A stretch of 64,000 nucleotides of DNA. Source: Escherichia coli. GTDB taxonomy: Bacteria > Pseudomonadota > Gammaproteobacteria > Enterobacterales > Enterobacteriaceae. The position numbers and the translations under genes are program-made. This document shows positions 12,170 to 23,095 of this stretch, piece after piece. Under the pieces are notes generated by a model. That model worked only from the letters and a program-made list of their open reading frames with translations. It did not search any database and was not told where the DNA came from. The stretch lies in assembly GCF_041248615.1 (NCBI RefSeq), contig NZ_CP158426.1; one strand, given 5' to 3'. The stretch's first letter is position 1. Every line of letters begins with the position of its first letter.

Positions 12170-12757
12170 ATGAGCCATGTCTGGGGACTGTTTTCCCATC
12201 CCGATCGTGAAATGCAGGTGATTAATCGCGAAAACGAAACGATTTCTCACCATTACACCCACCACGTTTTGCTGATGGCGGCGATTCCGGTGATTTGCGC
12301 CTTCATTGGCACCACACAAATTGGCTGGAATTTTGGCGATGGCACTATTCTGAAGTTATCCTGGTTTACCGGACTGGCGCTGGCTGTCCTGTTTTATGGC
12401 GTTATGCTGGCTGGGGTCGCGGTGATGGGGCGGGTCATCTGGTGGATGGCGCGCAATTATCCGCAGCGTCCGTCACTTGCGCACTGCATGGTCTTTGCGG
12501 GCTACGTTGCAACTCCGCTGTTTTTAAGCGGTCTGGTGGCGCTTTATCCGCTGGTCTGGTTGTGTGCGCTGGTCGGCACGGTGGCGCTGTTTTACGCCGG
12601 CTACCTGCTTTATCTCGGTATTCCGAGCTTCCTGAATATCAACAAAGAGGAAGGCCTTAGCTTCTCCAGTTCGACGCTGGCGATTGGCGTGCTGGTGCTG
12701 GAAGTGCTGCTCGCCCTTACCGTTATACTATGGGGTTACGGTTATCGTTTGTTCTAG
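12170..12757 (+). CDS. yohC: Yip1-family inner membrane protein
   Basis: ORF 12146-12757; start set at MSHVWGLFSHP giving 195 aa; multi-TM. Confidence 0.8.
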   Translation: MSHVWGLFSHPDREMQVINRENETISHHYTHHVLLMAAIPVICAFIGTTQIGWNFGDGTILKLSWFTGLALAVLFYGVMLAGVAVMGRVIWWMARNYPQRPSLAHCMVFAGYVATPLFLSGLVALYPLVWLCALVGTVALFYAGYLLYLGIPSFLNINKEEGLSFSSSTLAIGVLVLEVLLALTVILWGYGYRLF

Positions 12758-12930
12758 AAAGTTCTTTTGTGTTGCATTGCTGGCGTAAATGTCAGCAATG
12801 CAGCATTTCCTCACGATTCTCCTTTGACGATCGCACTTTTTGCTCGTTATGATGGCGTCGCTAGCCTCAGTAAATCCTTACTCCGGCGGTGCGCAACCCG
12901 TGCGCGTGAACCACTATCTGAATGCTCATC

Positions 12931-13863
12931 ATGCCGAAATTTCGAGTTTCTTTATTTAGCCTGGCCCTGATGCTGGCTGTGCCTTTGGCACCGCAGGCCG
13001 TTGCGAAAACGGCAGCCGCTACCACCGCTTCACAGCCGGAAATTGCCTCCGGTAGCGCGATGATTGTTGATCTGAATACCAACAAAGTGATCTATTCGAA
13101 CCACCCGGATCTGGTGCGTCCGATTGCGTCTATCAGCAAATTAATGACCGCGATGGTCGTGCTGGATGCGCGACTGCCGCTGGATGAAAAACTAAAAGTG
13201 GATATCAGCCAGACGCCGGAGATGAAAGGGGTCTATTCGCGCGTACGACTGAACAGCGAAATCAGCCGTAAAGATATGCTGTTGCTGGCGCTGATGTCTT
13301 CAGAAAACCGCGCGGCGGCAAGCCTTGCGCACCATTATCCCGGTGGTTACAAAGCCTTTATTAAGGCGATGAATGCGAAAGCGAAATCGCTCGGAATGAA
13401 CAACACGCGCTTTGTTGAACCGACCGGATTGTCGGTGCATAACGTTTCAACCGCCCGTGACTTAACCAAACTGCTCATTGCCAGCAAACAATATCCGTTG
13501 ATCGGGCAGTTAAGTACTACCCGGGAAGATATGGCAACCTTCTCTAACCCGACGTATACGCTGCCGTTCCGCAATACTAACCATCTGGTGTATCGCGATA
13601 ACTGGAATATTCAGTTAACCAAAACGGGCTTTACCAATGCGGCGGGCCATTGTCTGGTGATGCGTACGGTTATCAATAATAAACCGGTGGCGCTGGTAGT
13701 GATGGACGCGTTTGGCAAATATACCCATTTTGCCGATGCCAGCCGTCTGCGTACCTGGATTGAGACCGGTAAAGTAATGCCTGTTCCGGCAGCAGCGTTG
13801 AGCTATAAAAAACAAAAAGCCGCCCAGATGGCGGCGGCGGGGCAGACGGCACAGAACGATTAA
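12931..13863 (+). CDS. pbpG: D-alanyl-D-alanine endopeptidase (PBP7)
   Basis: signal peptide [25 protein letters not shown]; SxxK active site (SISK), SxN (SEN) and KTG motifs; 310 aa. Confidence 0.9.
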   Translation: MPKFRVSLFSLALMLAVPLAPQAVAKTAAATTASQPEIASGSAMIVDLNTNKVIYSNHPDLVRPIASISKLMTAMVVLDARLPLDEKLKVDISQTPEMKGVYSRVRLNSEISRKDMLLLALMSSENRAAASLAHHYPGGYKAFIKAMNAKAKSLGMNNTRFVEPTGLSVHNVSTARDLTKLLIASKQYPLIGQLSTTREDMATFSNPTYTLPFRNTNHLVYRDNWNIQLTKTGFTNAAGHCLVMRTVINNKPVALVVMDAFGKYTHFADASRLRTWIETGKVMPVPAAALSYKKQKAAQMAAAGQTAQND

Positions 13864-13870
13864 ATGAATG

Positions 13871-13903
13871 ACGGATGGCGATACTCTGCCATCCGTAATT
13901 TTT
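13871..13903. terminator. bidirectional rho-independent terminator between pbpG and dld
   Basis: hairpin GACGGATGGC-gatactct-GCCATCCGT followed by AATTTTT. Confidence 0.6.
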
Positions 13904-15617
13904 ACTCCACTTCCTGCCAGTTTTTCCGCTTACTGGTTTTACCGATCCCCGGATTCATGCTGTTGGTCGGATCGTTCTCGCGATAAAACTTCTGCAACGT
14001 CTCCGGTGCTTTATACAAATGACCGACGTTATGCTCGGCAGGGTACTGCGCGCCGCGCTGCTGTAGCAGTTCCAGCATCTGTTCTTTCAACGCATGCACA
14101 TCCACGCCTTTTTTAACGATGTAATCCTGATGGAAGACATAGCACATAAAATGGCCGTAATAGAGCTTGTGCACCAGCTGGCTGTCGATGTCCGGCGGTA
14201 AATGCTCATACCACTCGGTGTCGTTACGCCGCAGAGCGATATCCAGTGCCAGAATGTCTTCGACTTCATCGGAATGCACCGCCTGATAACGAATTGCTGC
14301 GCCCGCAGCGGCGAAACGGTGTAAAAACGCTTTGCTACCTTCCTCCGGCGTACAGACAAAGAAATCGCCTTCGGCCTGTTTGAAATAATCCACCAGCCAC
14401 GATTTGGCTTCACCGACGCCATCGCCCGCCATTTTTAACAGCAGATGATGTTCATATTTATCGCGCCAGTTTTTCATGCGCGGCGGTAAATGGCTGGGGA
14501 ACAGGTGACCGAATTTTTGCATCGCACGGTCGGTAAAATGCGGACGGAAGAATTTCACTTTCTCCAGCATCGCATCGGTGCGCCCCTTGAGATTAAAGAA
14601 GAACGGCATCTTGTCGGTGCCTAACTTATCAATCATCAGGAAGGTGTCTTTGCCGTATTTTTCCGCAATATCGTAGATATCCCGGTGCATATATTCCCCG
14701 GCAACCGGCAGATTTTCGAAATTAGCCAGAATATGACGGCGGATTTCTGTCAGTACTTCCGGCTGGTTGGTGCCGATATAAAACACCTGCTGATTTTTTT
14801 CCGCTTCGAAGGTATCAAGACGTACCGCAAAGACGGCCAGCTTCCCGGCGCAACCAGAAGATTCAAATAACCGATCCGGATCGGCGTTATAACGTGCGGG
14901 CGTGTCGGCTTCAATATCACGAACGCGGTGGACATAGTCATAATCGTGGGCGTGACGGCCATCGTGACGCACATCGTCATCTTTGATGCGATCGTCATCC
15001 AGCTTGCTAAGGATCTGCTCCGGCGTTTCGCCCAGATCAATCCCGAGATGGTTAACCAGCGTCAGCTTGCCATCTTCATTTATACGCGCGAATAACGACA
15101 TTTCGGTATACGCCGGGCCACGTTGCACCAGCGAGCCGCCGGAGTTGTTACAAATACCGCCGATGACCGATGCGCCTATACACGATGATCCAATCACCGA
15201 GTGCGGTTCGCGTCCCAGCGGTTTGAGGGCTTTTTCCAGCGAATAAAGCGTTGTGCCCGGATAGGCCAGCACCTGTTCGCCCTTGCCAAGAACGTGCAGC
15301 TTGTCGAGACGCAGGGTGCTGATGATCACGATATCGCGATCATAGTCGTTACCGTTTGGCGTCGATCCTTCGGTCAGGCCTGTATTGGCAGCCTGCATGA
15401 GAATAATTTTGTCGGCGGTGACGCAGGCTTTCAGCACCCGCCACAATTCCAGTAGTGAGCCAGGGAAAACGACAGCCAGCGCGTCGCCCTGACCAGAACG
15501 GAAGCCCTTGCGATAGCGGGCCGTTTTTGCGGGATCGGTGAGCAGGTGTGAATGACCGACCAGACGGGCAAGTTCATTCAAAAAGGCTTTATTATCAGTT
15601 GTTGTCATGGAAGACAT
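13902..15617 (-). CDS. dld: FAD-dependent D-lactate dehydrogenase (membrane-associated)
   Basis: start set at MSSMTTTDNKAFLNELARLV, giving 571 aa; matches recalled Dld. Confidence 0.9.
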   Translation of the reverse strand: MSSMTTTDNKAFLNELARLVGHSHLLTDPAKTARYRKGFRSGQGDALAVVFPGSLLELWRVLKACVTADKIILMQAANTGLTEGSTPNGNDYDRDIVIISTLRLDKLHVLGKGEQVLAYPGTTLYSLEKALKPLGREPHSVIGSSCIGASVIGGICNNSGGSLVQRGPAYTEMSLFARINEDGKLTLVNHLGIDLGETPEQILSKLDDDRIKDDDVRHDGRHAHDYDYVHRVRDIEADTPARYNADPDRLFESSGCAGKLAVFAVRLDTFEAEKNQQVFYIGTNQPEVLTEIRRHILANFENLPVAGEYMHRDIYDIAEKYGKDTFLMIDKLGTDKMPFFFNLKGRTDAMLEKVKFFRPHFTDRAMQKFGHLFPSHLPPRMKNWRDKYEHHLLLKMAGDGVGEAKSWLVDYFKQAEGDFFVCTPEEGSKAFLHRFAAAGAAIRYQAVHSDEVEDILALDIALRRNDTEWYEHLPPDIDSQLVHKLYYGHFMCYVFHQDYIVKKGVDVHALKEQMLELLQQRGAQYPAEHNVGHLYKAPETLQKFYRENDPTNSMNPGIGKTSKRKNWQEVE

Positions 15618-15812
15618 TTTCCACTCCTTGTGGTGGCGAAAAAATATCACAAACTAGAATAGCGCCTTGTATGACAATTCAGCGAGTGAATATTTTGAAA
15701 ATTCAGACAATAAACTGAGCATTCTTTTTCTCTCTCCATCATGCTTATGGCAAACTACGGTTTTTGCACCATTTTCGCTGCCACGTCGGGCAACAAAGGA
15801 AGAAAAATCCAT

Positions 15813-18110
15813 ATGAAATGGCTATGTTCAGTAGGAATCGCGGTGAGTCTGGCCCTGCAGCCAGCACTGGCGGATGATTTATTCGGTAACCATCCATTAA
15901 CGCCTGAAGCGCGGGATGCGTTCGTCACCGAACTGCTTAAGAAAATGACGGTTGATGAGAAAATTGGTCAGCTGCGCTTAATCAGCGTCGGCCCGGATAA
16001 CCCGAAAGAGGCGATCCGCGAGATGATCAAAGACGGGCAGGTTGGGGCGATTTTCAACACCGTAACCCGTCAGGATATCCGCGCCATGCAGGATCAGGTG
16101 ATGGAATTAAGCCGCCTGAAAATTCCTCTTTTCTTTGCTTACGACGTGCTGCACGGTCAGCGCACGGTGTTCCCGATTAGCCTCGGTCTGGCCTCGTCTT
16201 TTAACCTCGATGCGGTGAAAACGGTCGGACGTGTCTCTGCTTATGAAGCGGCAGATGATGGCCTGAATATGACCTGGGCACCAATGGTAGATGTTTCGCG
16301 CGATCCGCGCTGGGGACGTGCTTCCGAAGGTTTTGGCGAAGATACGTATCTCACCTCAACAATGGGTAAAACCATGGTGGAAGCGATGCAGGGTAAAAGC
16401 CCGGCAGATCGCTACTCGGTGATGACCAGCGTCAAACACTTTGCCGCATACGGCGCGGTAGAAGGCGGTAAAGAGTACAACACCGTCGATATGAGTCCGC
16501 AGCGCCTGTTTAATGATTATATGCCGCCGTACAAAGCGGGGCTGGACGCAGGTAGCGGTGCGGTGATGGTGGCGCTGAACTCGCTGAACGGCACGCCAGC
16601 CACCTCCGATTCATGGCTGCTGAAAGATGTTCTGCGCGACCAGTGGGGCTTTAAAGGCATCACCGTTTCCGATCACGGCGCAATCAAAGAGCTGATTAAA
16701 CATGGCACGGCGGCAGACCCGGAAGATGCGGTGCGCGTGGCGCTGAAATCCGGCATCAACATGAGTATGAGCGACGAGTATTACTCGAAGTATCTGCCTG
16801 GGTTGATCAAATCCGGCAAAGTGACGATGGAAGAGCTGGATGACGCTGCCCGTCATGTACTGAACGTTAAATATGATATGGGGTTGTTTAACGACCCGTA
16901 CAGCCATCTCGGTCCGAAAGAGTCTGACCCGGTGGATACCAATGCCGAAAGCCGCCTGCACCGCAAAGAAGCGCGTGAAGTGGCACGCGAAAGCCTGGTG
17001 TTGCTGAAAAACCGTCTCGAAACGTTACCGCTGAAAAAATCAGCCACCATTGCGGTGGTTGGCCCGCTGGCAGACAGCAAGCGTGACGTGATGGGCAGCT
17101 GGTCCGCAGCCGGTGTTGCCGATCAATCCGTGACCGTACTGACCGGGATTAAAAATGCCGTCGGTGAAAACGGTAAAGTGCTGTACGCCAAAGGGGCGAA
17201 CGTCACCAGTGACAAAGGCATTATCGATTTACTGAATCAGTATGAAGAGGCGGTCAAAGTCGATCCGCGTTCGCCGCAAGAGATGATTGATGAAGCGGTG
17301 CAAACCGCGAAACAATCTGATGTGGTGGTGGCTGTGGTCGGTGAAGCTCAGGGGATGGCGCACGAGGCTTCCAGCCGTACCGATATTACTATTCCGCAAA
17401 GCCAACGTGACTTGATTGCGGCGTTGAAAGCCACTGGTAAACCGCTGGTGCTGGTGCTGATGAATGGGCGTCCGCTGGCGCTGGTGAAAGAAGATCAGCA
17501 GGCTGATGCGATTCTGGAAACCTGGTTTGCGGGGACTGAAGGCGGTAATGCAATTGCCGATGTATTGTTTGGCGATTACAACCCGTCCGGCAAGCTGCCA
17601 ATGTCCTTCCCGCGTTCTGTCGGGCAGATCCCGGTGTACTACAGCCATCTGAACACCGGGCGTCCGTATAATGCCGACAAGCCGAACAAATACACTTCGC
17701 GTTATTTTGATGAAGCTAACGGGGCGCTGTATCCGTTCGGCTATGGTCTGAGCTACACCACTTTCACCGTCTCTGATGTGAAACTTTCCGCGCCGACCAT
17801 GAAGCGTGACGGCAAAGTGACCGCCAGTGTGCAGGTGACGAACACCGGTAAGCGCGAAGGGGCGACGGTAGTGCAGATGTACTTGCAGGATGTGACGGCT
17901 TCCATGAGTCGTCCGGTGAAGCAGCTGAAAGGCTTTGAGAAAATCACCCTGAAACCGGGCGAAACTCAGACCGTCAGCTTCCCGATTGATATCGAGGCGC
18001 TGAAGTTCTGGAATCAACAGATGAAATATGACGCCGAGCCTGGCAAGTTCAATGTCTTTATCGGCACTGATTCCGCACGCGTTAAGAAAGGCGAGTTTGA
18101 GTTGCTGTAA
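15813..18110 (+). CDS. bglX: periplasmic beta-glucosidase (GH3)
   Basis: start set at MKWLCSVGIAVSLALQPALA (signal peptide), 765 aa; GH3 catalytic region. Confidence 0.9.
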   Translation: MKWLCSVGIAVSLALQPALADDLFGNHPLTPEARDAFVTELLKKMTVDEKIGQLRLISVGPDNPKEAIREMIKDGQVGAIFNTVTRQDIRAMQDQVMELSRLKIPLFFAYDVLHGQRTVFPISLGLASSFNLDAVKTVGRVSAYEAADDGLNMTWAPMVDVSRDPRWGRASEGFGEDTYLTSTMGKTMVEAMQGKSPADRYSVMTSVKHFAAYGAVEGGKEYNTVDMSPQRLFNDYMPPYKAGLDAGSGAVMVALNSLNGTPATSDSWLLKDVLRDQWGFKGITVSDHGAIKELIKHGTAADPEDAVRVALKSGINMSMSDEYYSKYLPGLIKSGKVTMEELDDAARHVLNVKYDMGLFNDPYSHLGPKESDPVDTNAESRLHRKEAREVARESLVLLKNRLETLPLKKSATIAVVGPLADSKRDVMGSWSAAGVADQSVTVLTGIKNAVGENGKVLYAKGANVTSDKGIIDLLNQYEEAVKVDPRSPQEMIDEAVQTAKQSDVVVAVVGEAQGMAHEASSRTDITIPQSQRDLIAALKATGKPLVLVLMNGRPLALVKEDQQADAILETWFAGTEGGNAIADVLFGDYNPSGKLPMSFPRSVGQIPVYYSHLNTGRPYNADKPNKYTSRYFDEANGALYPFGYGLSYTTFTVSDVKLSAPTMKRDGKVTASVQVTNTGKREGATVVQMYLQDVTASMSRPVKQLKGFEKITLKPGETQTVSFPIDIEALKFWNQQMKYDAEPGKFNVFIGTDSARVKKGEFELL

Positions 18111-18120
18111 TGCTTTAGTA

Positions 18121-18150
18121 AGGGCGCGACGTCTGCGCCCTTTAAGTATT
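18121..18150 (+). terminator. rho-independent terminator after bglX
   Basis: hairpin GGGCGC-gacgtct-GCGCCC followed by TTTAAGTATTT. Confidence 0.6.
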
Positions 18151-18258
18151 TATCTGATTCTGCAACTGAATCCGCCCAGACAGGCTAACCCTGTCATTAT
18201 CAACTATGCTTTTCTCTTAATTCGCTGAAAACAACAGTAAAAGAATGAGGAAAGCATC

Positions 18259-19176
18259 ATGCCACTCTCAAAGCTCTGGGCAGGTTCATTGGTTTTGTTG
18301 GCAGCCGTGAGCCTGCCGCTACAGGCGGCTTCCCCCGTTAAGGTTGGTTCAAAAATCGATACCGAAGGCGCGCTGCTCGGCAATATTATTTTGCAAGTGC
18401 TGGAAAGCCACGGCGTACCAACGGTCAATAAAGTGCAACTTGGAACGACTCCTGTGGTGCGCGGGGCGATCACTTCCGGTGAACTGGATATCTATCCGGA
18501 ATATACCGGCAATGGGGCGTTCTTCTTTAAAGATGAAAACGATGCTGCGTGGAAAAATGCCGGGCAAGGCTACGAGAAAGTCAAAAAGCTCGATGCAGAG
18601 CAAAACAAGTTAATCTGGCTGACGCCTGCGCCTGCAAATAACACCTGGACCATCGCCGTGCGTCAGGATGTGGCAGAGAAAAACAAACTCACTTCGCTTG
18701 CTGACCTGAGTCGTTATCTGAAAGACGGTGGCACCTTTAAACTGGCGGCCTCAGCAGAGTTTATCGAACGCGCCGATGCCTTACCCGCTTTTGAAAAAGC
18801 CTATGGCTTTAAGCTCGGTCAGGATCAGTTGCTTTCACTGGCTGGTGGCGACACGGCGGTGACGATCAAAGCCGCTGCCCAACAAACATCCGGCGTTAAT
18901 GCGGCGATGGCTTACGGCACTGACGGCCCGGTCGCGGCGCTGGGGCTGCAAACCTTAAGCGATCCGCAAGGCGTGCAACCTATCTACGCGCCTGCACCAG
19001 TGGTGCGTGAATCGGTGTTGAAGGAGTATCCGCAAATGGCACAGTGGCTACAGCCAGTCTTCGCCAGCCTCGATGAAAAAACATTGCAGCAACTGAATGC
19101 CAGCATTGCTGTGGAAGGACTGGATGCCAAAAAAGTGGCTGCCGACTACCTGAAACAAAAAGGGTGGACGAAGTAA
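18259..19176 (+). CDS. osmF: glycine betaine ABC transporter periplasmic binding protein
   Basis: 305 aa with signal peptide; first gene of a 4-gene ABC operon; matches recalled OsmF (YehZ). Confidence 0.9.
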   Translation: MPLSKLWAGSLVLLAAVSLPLQAASPVKVGSKIDTEGALLGNIILQVLESHGVPTVNKVQLGTTPVVRGAITSGELDIYPEYTGNGAFFFKDENDAAWKNAGQGYEKVKKLDAEQNKLIWLTPAPANNTWTIAVRQDVAEKNKLTSLADLSRYLKDGGTFKLAASAEFIERADALPAFEKAYGFKLGQDQLLSLAGGDTAVTIKAAAQQTSGVNAAMAYGTDGPVAALGLQTLSDPQGVQPIYAPAPVVRESVLKEYPQMAQWLQPVFASLDEKTLQQLNASIAVEGLDAKKVAADYLKQKGWTK

Positions 19177-19182
19177 TTTCCC

Positions 19183-20340
19183 GTGACTTATTTCCGTATT
19201 AATCCTGTTCTGGCGCTGCTGCTGTTGCTGACGGCAATCGCAGCGGCGCTGCCGTTTATCAGTTACGCGCCTAATCGTTTAGTTTCGGGTGAGGGGCGTC
19301 ATCTCTGGCAGCTGTGGCCGCAAACGATCTGGATGCTGGTGGGCGTTGGTTGCGCCTGGATGACAGCCTGTTTTATTCCCGCTAAAAAAGGCAGCATTTT
19401 TGCACTCATTCTGGCGCAATTCGTCTTCGTATTGCTGGTGTGGGGAGCAGGAAAGGCGGCGACACAACTGGCACAAAATGGCAGTGCGCTGGCGCGTACC
19501 AGCCTCGGCAGTGGTTTCTGGCTGGCTGCGGCGCTGGCATTGCTGGCCTGTAGTGATGCCATCCGCCGAATCTCCACGCATCCGCTGTGGCGCTGGTTGT
19601 TGCATATGCAGATTGCCATCATTCCGCTGTGGTTGCTGTACTCCGGCACGCTTAACGATCTCTCGCTAATGAAAGAATACGCCAACCGTCAGGATGTGTT
19701 TGACGACGCGCTGGCACAACATCTGACGTTGCTGTTTGGTGCGGTGCTGCCTGCGTTAGTGATTGGTGTGCCGCTGGGCGTCTGGTGCTACTTTTCCACT
19801 GCGCGGCAGGGGGCGATTTTTTCTCTGCTGAATGTCATTCAGACCGTGCCTTCGGTGGCGCTCTTTGGCCTGTTGATTGCGCCGCTTGCCGCACTGGTTA
19901 CGGCCTTTCCGTGGCTGGGTAAGCTCGGCATAGCAGGAACCGGAATGACACCCGCACTGATTGCGCTGGTGCTCTATGCCTTGCTGCCGCTGGTGCGCGG
20001 CGTGGTAGTCGGCTTGAACCAGATCCCGCGCGATGTGCTGGAGAGCGCCAGAGCGATGGGCATGAGCGGGGCGCAGCGATTCCTGCATGTTCAGTTACCG
20101 CTGGCGTTACCGGTATTTCTGCGTAGCCTGCGGGTGGTGATGGTGCAAACCGTCGGCATGGCGGTGATTGCGGCGTTAATCGGTGCAGGCGGTTTTGGGG
20201 CGCTGGTTTTCCAGGGGCTGCTAAGCAGCGCCATTGATTTAGTATTGCTGGGGGTGATCCCGGTAATTGTTCTGGCGGTGCTGATCGATGCGCTGTTCGA
20301 TTTGCTTATCGCACTGCTGAAGGTGAAACGTAATGATTGA
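19183..20340 (+). CDS. yehY: glycine betaine ABC transporter permease
   Basis: 385 aa multi-TM permease; 8-nt overlap with yehX. Confidence 0.85.
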   Translation: MTYFRINPVLALLLLLTAIAAALPFISYAPNRLVSGEGRHLWQLWPQTIWMLVGVGCAWMTACFIPAKKGSIFALILAQFVFVLLVWGAGKAATQLAQNGSALARTSLGSGFWLAAALALLACSDAIRRISTHPLWRWLLHMQIAIIPLWLLYSGTLNDLSLMKEYANRQDVFDDALAQHLTLLFGAVLPALVIGVPLGVWCYFSTARQGAIFSLLNVIQTVPSVALFGLLIAPLAALVTAFPWLGKLGIAGTGMTPALIALVLYALLPLVRGVVVGLNQIPRDVLESARAMGMSGAQRFLHVQLPLALPVFLRSLRVVMVQTVGMAVIAALIGAGGFGALVFQGLLSSAIDLVLLGVIPVIVLAVLIDALFDLLIALLKVKRND

Positions 20341-21259
20341 ATTTAGCCATGTCAGCAAACTGTTCGGCGCACAAAAAGCCGTTAACGATCTCAATCTCAA
20401 TTTTCAGGAGGGGAGTTTTTCGGTGCTGATTGGTACATCAGGCTCCGGTAAATCCACCACTCTGAAAATGATTAACCGCCTGGTGGAGCATGACAGCGGC
20501 GTGATCCGCTTTGCCGGAGAAGAAATTCGCTCGCTGCCAGTGCTGGAGTTGCGCCGCCGGATGGGCTATGCCATTCAATCTATTGGCCTGTTTCCCCACT
20601 GGAGCGTGGCGCAAAACATCGCTACCGTGCCGCAATTACAAAAATGGTCACGGGCGCGGATCGACGATCGTATCGACGAATTAATGGCGCTACTGGGGCT
20701 GGAGCCAAATTTGCGTGAGCGTTATCCACATCAGCTTTCTGGCGGTCAGCAGCAACGTGTGGGAGTGGCGCGCGCACTGGCTGCCGATCCGCAAGTCTTA
20801 CTGATGGATGAACCTTTTGGCGCACTGGACCCGGTAACGCGCGGCGCGTTGCAACAAGAGATGACGCGCATTCACCGTTTGCTGGGGCGCACTATTGTGC
20901 TGGTCACTCATGATATTGATGAGGCGCTACGGCTGGCAGAACATCTGGTATTGATGGATCACGGTGAAGTGGTGCAGCAGGGCAATCCGCTGACGATGCT
21001 GACTCGTCCGGCAAACGATTTTGTCCGCCAGTTTTTTGGGCGCAGCGAACTGGGTGTCCGCCTGCTTTCGTTACGTAGTGTGGCGGATTACGTGCGTCGC
21101 GAAGAACGGGCAGAAGGTGAGGCACTGGCAGAAGAGATGACGCTACGCGATGCGCTCTCCCTGTTTGTCGCGCGGGGATGCGAGGTGCTGCCGGTGGTGA
21201 ACACGCAGGGCCAGCCTTGCGGCACGCTGCATTTTCAGGATCTGCTGGTGGAGGCGTAA
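20333..21259 (+). CDS. yehX: glycine betaine ABC transporter ATP-binding protein
   Basis: Walker [13 protein letters not shown] signature LSGGQQQRV, Walker B LLMDEP; 308 aa. Confidence 0.9.
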   Translation: MIEFSHVSKLFGAQKAVNDLNLNFQEGSFSVLIGTSGSGKSTTLKMINRLVEHDSGVIRFAGEEIRSLPVLELRRRMGYAIQSIGLFPHWSVAQNIATVPQLQKWSRARIDDRIDELMALLGLEPNLRERYPHQLSGGQQQRVGVARALAADPQVLLMDEPFGALDPVTRGALQQEMTRIHRLLGRTIVLVTHDIDEALRLAEHLVLMDHGEVVQQGNPLTMLTRPANDFVRQFFGRSELGVRLLSLRSVADYVRREERAEGEALAEEMTLRDALSLFVARGCEVLPVVNTQGQPCGTLHFQDLLVEA

Positions 21260-21263
21260 ACGT

Positions 21264-21995
21264 ATGAAGATGTTGCGCGATCCGCTGTTCTGGCTCATTG
21301 CTCTGTTTGTGGCGCTGATTTTCTGGCTGCCTTACAGCCAGCCGCTGTTTGCTGCCTTGTTCCCACAACTGCCACGACCCGTTTATCAGCAAGACAGTTT
21401 TGCTGCTCTGGCACTGGCTCATTTCTGGCTGGTGGGAATTTCGAGTTTGTTTGCGGTGCTCATTGGTACTGGTGCCGGAATTATTGTTACTCGCCCGTGG
21501 GGCGCGGAATTTCGCCCACTGGTGGAAACTATTGCCGCCGTTGGGCAGACTTTTCCGCCCGTTGCGGTGCTGGCGATTGCCGTTCCGGTGATTGGGTTTG
21601 GTCTGCAACCCGCGATTATCGCCTTGATCCTTTACGGTGTGCTGCCCATCCTGCAGGCGACACTTGCCGGGCTGGGAGCGATTGATGCCAGCGTGACAGA
21701 AGTTGCGAAAGGTATGGGAATGAGTCGAGGTCAGCGACTGCGTAAGGTCGAGCTACCGCTGGCGGCTCCGGTGATTCTGGCGGGCGTGCGAACTTCGGTG
21801 ATTATCAACATTGGTACGGCGACGATCGCCTCAACGGTAGGGGCCAGCACGCTGGGTACGCCCATCATCATCGGGCTTAGCGGATTTAATACCGCGTATG
21901 TGATCCAGGGGGCGTTACTGGTGGCACTGGCGGCGATCATTGCAGACCGCCTGTTTGAAAGGCTGGTGCAGGCGCTTAGCCAGCACGCAAAATAA
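21264..21995 (+). CDS. yehW: glycine betaine ABC transporter permease
   Basis: 243 aa multi-TM permease, last gene of the operon. Confidence 0.85.
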
Positions 21996-22083
21996 AGGTA
22001 TAACCTGCGAGCATGACGCCACCAATTCCGCCTAACGCCATAAACAGGAACAGGGCGATGACCCCAATTTTAGCTATGCGCAT
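21976..22083 (-). CDS. yohO: 35-aa small membrane protein
   Basis: manual translation gives [35 protein letters not shown] (recalled YohO); its 3' end overlaps the yehW 3' end convergently. Confidence 0.8.
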
Positions 22084-22142
22084 AATGCACTCCTTATGTT
22101 AACGAAAGGATTGTACAGTAAAGCGCATTTGTTAACGAATCA

Positions 22143-22874
22143 TTAAATGCCGAGTGGGAAAATATCATGGCCTTGTTCCTGCCAACTGGTGAGTTGCTGC
22201 TGTTGGGCGGAGGTTCGATTTTCACCGCACCACACCAGCAATGTACGGCCTTCGAACAGTTCAGGGCGTAGTTGATTGAGCGAGTGGGCGAGGACATCAA
22301 TGCGCCATCCTTGTTGACTGGCAATCCAGCCCTCTAGCCACAGACGGGTGGTATCATGAATATTCCAGCCAACTACCAGCGCATCTTTACCCTGTTTTTT
22401 ACGCGCCGAAGCCAGACAAATGGCGATGTAGTTGATCAGTACGCCGTCGAGGATCGCCAGCAGCGCCTGGAGAGTCGGTTGTTGGCACTGAAGTCGTCGG
22501 CGCAGAGGAATAAACAGATGCGTGGTGAGTGTCTGGGCGGGGTAATCCTGACCGCGCTCTTTGATCCACGTTCGCAGGCTATGCAGATTGCCGCTTTGCA
22601 GGTAAGTCAGTAATGTTTCTTGCTGATCGCGCCAGCCGTTCTGCACATCAACATTTTCATTACTGAGCAGCATTTTAACTTTGCTGACCTGCACGCCGTT
22701 GTCGATCCAGCGTTTGATCTCGCGGATCCGGTCAATATCGGCATCATTGAACAGCCGATGACCGCCGTCTGTCCGTTGCGGTTTCAGCAATCCGTAACGC
22801 CTCTGCCACGCGCGTAACGTGACAGGGTTAATATCACAAAGCAACGCCACTTCACCAATTGTGTAAAGCGCCAT
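22143..22874 (-). CDS. mlrA: MerR-family transcriptional regulator (activator of csgD)
   Basis: N-terminal MerR HTH (YTIGEVALLCDINPVTLRAWQRRYGLL); 243 aa. Confidence 0.9.
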   Translation of the reverse strand: MALYTIGEVALLCDINPVTLRAWQRRYGLLKPQRTDGGHRLFNDADIDRIREIKRWIDNGVQVSKVKMLLSNENVDVQNGWRDQQETLLTYLQSGNLHSLRTWIKERGQDYPAQTLTTHLFIPLRRRLQCQQPTLQALLAILDGVLINYIAICLASARKKQGKDALVVGWNIHDTTRLWLEGWIASQQGWRIDVLAHSLNQLRPELFEGRTLLVWCGENRTSAQQQQLTSWQEQGHDIFPLGI

Positions 22875-23095
22875 CGTCTCACCCTTGCTCGCGAGGTCCC
22901 GGTTTAACTTTAGACGCAGTTTTGCGAACCAGGTAGTTTTGCCCGTTTTTTGTGCATCTATAGGGTGATTTTATTTTTGCCAGGCGATTTTGAGTGATCG
23001 TACTCACGAATTCTCATTTTTCTGCAAGAGTTCAAAGAAAGTTAAACGCAGGCAATGTATGTTACGCGTTTTAAAGGGAAGTGTGGTTTGCGGGT

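Noticed and set aside
17229-18017. 262-aa minus-strand ORF
   Set aside because: Shadow ORF inside bglX with an Arg/His-rich, low-complexity translation.
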